Source: an uncultured virus (IMG/VR IMGVR_UViG_3300009376_001605) (Duplodnaviria > Heunggongvirae > Uroviricota > Caudoviricetes). From it: DNA of 64,000 bases. Shown here in pieces: positions 59,345 through 64,000 of the stretch. Position 1 is the first letter of the stretch, and each line of letters starts with the position of its first letter. The position numbers and the translations under genes were made by a program. Location: IMG/VR virus record IMGVR_UViG_3300009376_001605. One strand, 5' to 3'. Under the pieces are notes generated by a model. The model did not search any database, was not told where the DNA came from, and worked only from the letters and a program-made list of their open reading frames with translations.

Positions 59345-59587
59345 ATGAGTATTTTTTTAAAGCAAACATGTTTTGATGCGCACTCTGATAAAAACATGCC
59401 ATGTCGCAAAAAAGAGTGTAAAAATTGGATCGACTGCAAAAAAGACTTTAATTGTGTTTTGATAAGTGCCAAAGAAGGTCCTAAGACATTGCAGGAAATT
59501 GGGGAAGTGTTTGACTTGACACGAATGAGAATCTGCCAAATAGAGAAAAGTATTCTGGGCAAGCTTAAGTCTTCCCTTCCTGATTAA
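59345..59587 (+). CDS. Stand-alone sigma-70 region 4 HTH protein with Cys-rich N-terminus
   Basis: KTLQEIGEVFDLTRMRICQIEKSILGKL matches region 4.2; only credible plus-strand gene in the window. Confidence 0.8.
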   Translation: MSIFLKQTCFDAHSDKNMPCRKKECKNWIDCKKDFNCVLISAKEGPKTLQEIGEVFDLTRMRICQIEKSILGKLKSSLPD

Positions 59588-59619
59588 GTATCTTTCTTTC
59601 TATTTATTTTGATAAACAA

Positions 59620-59941
59620 TGGTGGAGCCGGCGGGAATCGAACCCGCGTCCGCAACCATCAATTGTAGGGATTCATTTACAAGTTTAGCTGGTTTTTGGC
59701 TCCAGCAAGCTCATCTCAAAAAAATGCTTACTTTTAAAAGGAGTAAGTCGAACCTTATCTCAAGCAACTTTCTGTTTATTGGCTGTTGCCGCCTCACACA
59801 TCTACTGGTTTTTAAGCAGCGATTGCGTATATATCAAAATCGTCGTTTGCGATTATTATTTTGTGCCTTTTTACCTGGCCGGGCACCTCCAGGACTTGCA
59901 TCACCTTCAACATCCGACCACGTCGATACCGTGTCGGCCCC
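59620..59941 (-). ncRNA. ssrA: tmRNA, one-piece, tag peptide ANDDFDIYAIAA
   Basis: 5' GGGGCCGACACGGTATCGAC; 3' T-arm GCGGGTTCGATTCCCGC then CGGCTCCACCA; G3-U pair in acceptor stem; tag frame 59850..59812 ends ATC GCT GCT TAA. Confidence 0.95.
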
Positions 59942-59955
59942 ATCAAAGTTTAAAT

Positions 59956-60138
59956 TTAGTCTTTGCCTTCTTCTAGCGAAGTCTTGACTAAGTCTGCTGC
60001 TGCGTTCTTCAAGAGACGCAATCCTTTTCGTGCACGAGTTCCTGCACTTTTGTTTCCTCGGGCATTCTTGTGAATATCCAGCTCCAAGCTCTCTATCAGA
60101 ACTTTCAATTCTTCCCACTTATCTATGACTTTGCTCAT
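59956..60138 (-). CDS. Histone H1-like protein, Hc1 family (short form)
   Basis: GNKSAGTRARK signature in a 60-aa helical protein. Confidence 0.8.
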   Translation of the reverse strand: MSKVIDKWEELKVLIESLELDIHKNARGNKSAGTRARKGLRLLKNAAADLVKTSLEEGKD

Positions 60139-60159
60139 TTCCTACTTCCTTTCGCGTAG

Positions 60160-60870
60160 CTATTGATCTAATGAAACAGAACGATCATATTCATTACGTA
60201 TGGCATCGTTTAACTTTCCAATGTACCCGGTGTTTCGCAGAGTTTTAAAAATTAAATTTTCCTCAGCAAATTCGCCTTTTCTCTCAAGACCTGCTTTTCT
60301 CATTTTCATAATCTTGTCTTTGGCAATATCCAGGGCTTTTCTTTTTTCTTCTAATTCTACTACATGGTCTATTCTATCCATAATATCTTGTGATTTTTTA
60401 AGGACATACTCCTCGTCGATCTCAGGATTGGTTCTCTGGGGGACGACAAGCCACTTGTTTCTTAAAACAGAGAAAACCCCTGTAGAATGGTGGGGCTCCT
60501 TAGAATCTTGTGCGTAGAGTTCAACGTCGTGATCCTTAATCTTTATATCATGTGCATCATTCCATAATCGACGCTTAGCATTGAAAAGATCTTGAATGAG
60601 TTCTCCGGTTTCCCCCATTGAAGAGAAATCAAAAAGTATGTGGAGATCCAGATCGCTTTGGTCTGTATAATTGTAGTTTGCCATAGATCCTGTGAGCGTG
60701 ATATCAGTAAATGTCATCTTAGGATCAATCGACTCAAGAAAGTCATACGCGATTCTAAGAAGCGCTTTTCTTATCTCAGGTTTGAGTTCTACTTTGAATT
60801 CACCGCACGAAGGATCATCGCAGACCGTGTCCCAGATATTCCTGTTAAGCAATCTATTCACTCTTGTCAT
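60160..60870 (-). CDS. Pol-beta superfamily nucleotidyltransferase
   Basis: ITLTGSMANYNYTDQSDLDLH...VELY. Confidence 0.8.
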   Translation of the reverse strand: MTRVNRLLNRNIWDTVCDDPSCGEFKVELKPEIRKALLRIAYDFLESIDPKMTFTDITLTGSMANYNYTDQSDLDLHILFDFSSMGETGELIQDLFNAKRRLWNDAHDIKIKDHDVELYAQDSKEPHHSTGVFSVLRNKWLVVPQRTNPEIDEEYVLKKSQDIMDRIDHVVELEEKRKALDIAKDKIMKMRKAGLERKGEFAEENLIFKTLRNTGYIGKLNDAIRNEYDRSVSLDQ

Positions 60871-60913
60871 TTGAGAGCCCTCATCGAAGAGTAAATATTG
60901 AAATGTATGTATT

Positions 60914-61171
60914 TTAGCTATCTAGAATAATCTTTGAGGTAGATTTAACACCCTCGACTGTTTCACCTTGGGACATCTTATAGATGCCTCTATATCCTGT
61001 TAGAAGCTCTCTATTCTCAAGCTCAAGAGCCAGGAGGCCAATTATCTGATTTATCTGGGATTGACTTACGCCATGCCTAAGAATTTCTAGGACTATCTCT
61101 CGAGACATAGACATTTCTTTTACCCATTTATCAGTATCATTTTCACCGTATTTCTTTATTTCACTCATCAC
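60914..61171 (-). CDS. Hypothetical protein
   Basis: 85 aa ORF with AGGAG RBS, overlaps upstream gene. Confidence 0.6.
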   Translation of the reverse strand: MMSEIKKYGENDTDKWVKEMSMSREIVLEILRHGVSQSQINQIIGLLALELENRELLTGYRGIYKMSQGETVEGVKSTSKIILDS

Positions 61172-61637
61172 TATCTCCTAAAAAGCTTTGACTTGATGAC
61201 GAAGATATCCTATACTGGTCTTCATCTACAAATACCAGAAACTTTGCAAAAGTATCATCCTCATTTTCCTCGTAGGAAACTCTTACTTTTTCTCCCCACC
61301 TTTTTTCATCTAATATAAACTGTGCATGCTCCCATGCAGGAAGATCACAGCTATAGGATTCTAGAATTTCAACTAGGCGAGGTGGTAATCCGAACTTAAT
61401 GTCTTTAATTTCAATGATAGACTTTGTTTCATCTTTTCCTGACGCAATCTCACTTTTGCAAACATCTACAACTTTGTGAATGACGCCGCAGTTTGGACAC
61501 TGTGCCAGCTTTTCAACTACCTTATCGTTTTCAAGAATAGAAAAAACTGTAAACTTATGAAAAACAGGGTCTGGCTTGCCTCTGTACTGGGGCAGAATAC
61601 AGTGGCATTGAATTAAATGCTTCTCAGCACTTTTCAT
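61161..61637 (-). CDS. Putative zinc-ribbon protein
   Basis: CHC...CPNCG..H....C. Confidence 0.6.
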   Translation of the reverse strand: MKSAEKHLIQCHCILPQYRGKPDPVFHKFTVFSILENDKVVEKLAQCPNCGVIHKVVDVCKSEIASGKDETKSIIEIKDIKFGLPPRLVEILESYSCDLPAWEHAQFILDEKRWGEKVRVSYEENEDDTFAKFLVFVDEDQYRISSSSSQSFLGDSDE

Positions 61638-61641
61638 TAAA

Positions 61642-61863
61642 CTACTTGCTATGGCGTCTAAGAGCGTTAATTAGCAAGTCAGATTTCTCAATGAAAGCCT
61701 GATCTACTGAATCATTAGCAAGCTTACAAATTCCAGGAAGCTTTTCCTTGTCGATAGTCAGCATATTATTGTTGATTGCTGTATTGAAATTTCTTTCAAT
61801 CTGTGCTTTTACCTCTTCGATAATTGCTTTTACGCTGTAAGTTACATCATTTTGCAAACTCAT
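61642..61863 (-). CDS. Hypothetical protein
   Basis: 73 aa ORF with AAGGAG RBS. Confidence 0.6.
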   Translation of the reverse strand: MSLQNDVTYSVKAIIEEVKAQIERNFNTAINNNMLTIDKEKLPGICKLANDSVDQAFIEKSDLLINALRRHSK

Positions 61864-61874
61864 TTTTTCTCTCC

Positions 61875-63200
61875 TTAGTCATCTAAAACGATCGCAGTGT
61901 CGATAGAAGATAACTGCTTAAATAATTCATATCCATATTTGCATCCAATGTAAATTGAAGATGCTATCTGTCGTCCGCTACCTGGTATAATGCTTGATTC
62001 CGGAATATCGATTATCCCAAATCTAGTAATCGCATTGGCACATCTAAGTGCAGTATCAATTTTCTCAATTTGACTAAATTTTTCCTGTGACGTTTTTTCA
62101 GGCAGATTTATTTTAACCTGGTTGGATGTAAGCGAGGTTATTCTTCTTTTAAGGTAGTCATCTTTTAAATCACTCTCACCGAGCTGCTCTCTTATCTTTT
62201 CTGCCCTTGTGTTAGCAGAATTCTTGGATATAGAGCTTTTGATGCTTATCTTATTCTCAGTTATTACGACCTCTTCATTTGTGCTATCTAGGTGCTCGGG
62301 AGAAAATGAAGTAGATATTGTACCTGTCTGGAATCCGTAGAAGCATGATCCTGATGCGGCTGACATGTCGAAAATATCATTTATGGCTTCTTCTTCTTGG
62401 CTGGGCTTACAAAGCATTACATTAAATGTTCCGCGGGCGTTGTTCGCTATAATAGTTGAGACAACTTCAGGAGAGTATCCGAGACAGATAATGACTGCAT
62501 TACCTTTTCTTTCTGCTAATGAAGAAAGTATTACATCTATTTCGGAAACTTTTTCTATAAAGCCTTCTATGCACAAGACAGAAACATCTTTTTTTGCCCA
62601 CATGAAGTCTGACTGTAAAAGAAGGTTAGGGTCTGGTTCTATTTCAAAGATATAGCTGGCATTAGATTCTATAATGGGATTAGGAATATTGCTATGCTCA
62701 AAAGATAACTTTCCTGACATTCCTGATAATTTTAGAGACTCCAAAACAAGAGAAGATGTTGTTTTGTCAAAATTTATTTTTAGGTAATCCTCTAAGGTTC
62801 TCAAAGTTGGCCTAGACATTTTTTCCTGAATGGCATCAAATATGTCATCTACATCTTTTCTTATAGATTTTTCTTTATCTTTGATACCCATGCTGCTTAG
62901 ATTATCAGATTTCCTGGTTAGGTCTATAAGCATTTTAATCATAGTAGAAGATGACATTGCAGATGTTTTTTCACATTTTAAGACGTGATTAATCACGATC
63001 TGCTTGAAAATATTTTCAGTTCTGTTTGCAGGTGAATAAGAAAGCAAAGAAAGAAGAATGCTTCCAGAAGTTCTTGGGGAATTAGACATTAAAAATGCAA
63101 CCTTTGAGTTGCGCTCTTGAATACGAGTAAGAGCTTCAAGGTTTTTTAAGAACTGTCTTGATTCCTTCTTTAGATTTTTTCTCTCTACTCGGGATCTCAT
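61875..63200 (-). CDS. Divergent GroEL/Cpn60-like protein
   Basis: VLCIEGFIEKVSEI...VIICLGYSPEVVSTIIANNARG and LKRRITSLT...IEKIDTALR align by eye to GroEL apical/intermediate regions; no GDGTT. Confidence 0.7.
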   Translation of the reverse strand: MRSRVERKNLKKESRQFLKNLEALTRIQERNSKVAFLMSNSPRTSGSILLSLLSYSPANRTENIFKQIVINHVLKCEKTSAMSSSTMIKMLIDLTRKSDNLSSMGIKDKEKSIRKDVDDIFDAIQEKMSRPTLRTLEDYLKINFDKTTSSLVLESLKLSGMSGKLSFEHSNIPNPIIESNASYIFEIEPDPNLLLQSDFMWAKKDVSVLCIEGFIEKVSEIDVILSSLAERKGNAVIICLGYSPEVVSTIIANNARGTFNVMLCKPSQEEEAINDIFDMSAASGSCFYGFQTGTISTSFSPEHLDSTNEEVVITENKISIKSSISKNSANTRAEKIREQLGESDLKDDYLKRRITSLTSNQVKINLPEKTSQEKFSQIEKIDTALRCANAITRFGIIDIPESSIIPGSGRQIASSIYIGCKYGYELFKQLSSIDTAIVLDD

Positions 63201-63214
63201 TTTTCCACGCGGGT

Positions 63215-64000
63215 TTAACCATCTCTCCAGAGATTATTGGCCGCAAATTTAATTACTTCTTCTGCAGAATCTTCATTGTAGCCGTAGTCTTCGATAAGCG
63301 TAGACACCATATCACCGTATTTCTTTTGCTGTTTATTATCGCGGGATTTTGACTTTGTAACAATTCTGGACATATCTTTTACAGATGACATCAGTTTATT
63401 CTCAATGGCTTCCTTGAGAGGGCCATAAGCTTTCCAGTCAATCTTCTTTTTAGCGCGAAGAAGAGTAAACATGTAAGTAGTAACATCAGATCTAAATCCG
63501 TCTCTAGCAGAGCCTGTAATGCCAATATTTTCCTCGATGGATTTCATGAAGTTTTCATCTGGCTCCATCTCTTCACGTGTCACCTTATCTTTTACTCTTG
63601 ACTTATTAACATAAGCCTCGGCATGATCAAGGTAGTTATCAAAAAGGGCCTCTGCTTGTTCTTCGTAAGCACTTACAAAAGCCTTGGTAATCTCCTTCTC
63701 CAAGATCCTTAAGTATTCTTCATGAAGATCTTTTTGAAGGTATTGGAGATAGCGCTCTCTAGCTTCCTCATCGATAATCTGTTCTTTGACTTGCTTGATA
63801 AGGGAATCTCTAACTGAAATTGGGGTAACCATATTTCTATCAGAATCAGAAAGCGCTGAATCGATCGCTTTGGTGATGAAGCGTGTTGAGATACCGGTCA
63901 TACCTTCATCGCGGGATTCCTCACGAAGATCTTTGATGTCGACCTTCTTGACTCTTCCCTTTTCGATGATGTCCTCCCCGTTATAAATCTTCATCTTAAC
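63215..64000 (-). CDS. prkA: PrkA/YeaG-family AAA+ protein kinase, C-terminal part (5' truncated)
   Basis: EGMTGISTRF, LFDNYLDHAEAY, EPDENFMKSIEENIGI, YGYNEDSA; frame open to window edge. Confidence 0.88.
   Translation of the reverse strand, partial: VKMKIYNGEDIIEKGRVKKVDIKDLREESRDEGMTGISTRFITKAIDSALSDSDRNMVTPISVRDSLIKQVKEQIIDEEARERYLQYLQKDLHEEYLRILEKEITKAFVSAYEEQAEALFDNYLDHAEAYVNKSRVKDKVTREEMEPDENFMKSIEENIGITGSARDGFRSDVTTYMFTLLRAKKKIDWKAYGPLKEAIENKLMSSVKDMSRIVTKSKSRDNKQQKKYGDMVSTLIEDYGYNEDSAEEVIKFAANNLWRDG

Noticed and set aside
59619..60118. ORFs 59619..59987, 59779..59976, 59834..60118 and a tRNA-like end at 59620
   Set aside because: Explained by the tmRNA and Hc1 gene; the tRNA-like part is the tmRNA acceptor stem and T arm
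661..63986. Many plus-strand and nested short ORFs in the track
   Set aside because: Antisense or alternate-frame shadows of long minus-strand genes with no recognisable motifs; only 59345..59587 was kept

Overview
Gene-dense, almost entirely minus-strand segment of a large (probably jumbo) myovirus-like bacteriophage genome. Three blocks. (1) 1-29.7 kb is a virion module: Ser/Gly/Thr-rich fibre-like proteins built from shared repeat modules, LamG-domain proteins, baseplate J/gp6, gp25, a gp5/GpV-like spike and a late sigma-like factor. (2) 30-58 kb is a ~28 kb cluster of apparently soluble glycan enzymes: about 12 glycosyltransferase-like genes, Gmd, epimerase, a short UDP-sugar dehydrogenase, NeuB/NeuA, an O-carbamoyltransferase, 3 methyltransferases, kinase, nucleotidyltransferases and phosphatases. 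No flippase, polymerase or exporter is recognisable. (3) 58-64 kb holds host-takeover genes: PIN-PhoH, a stand-alone sigma region-4 protein, a one-piece tmRNA (tag ANDDFDIYAIAA), a Hc1 histone-like protein, a Pol-beta nucleotidyltransferase, a degenerate GroEL-like protein and a partial PrkA. Best candidate for a new system: phage-autonomous virion glycosylation, where the glycan cluster may decorate an [S/T]-G-S motif that is strongly enriched in the neighbouring structural proteins. All calls are from motif recognition by eye; no searches were run.
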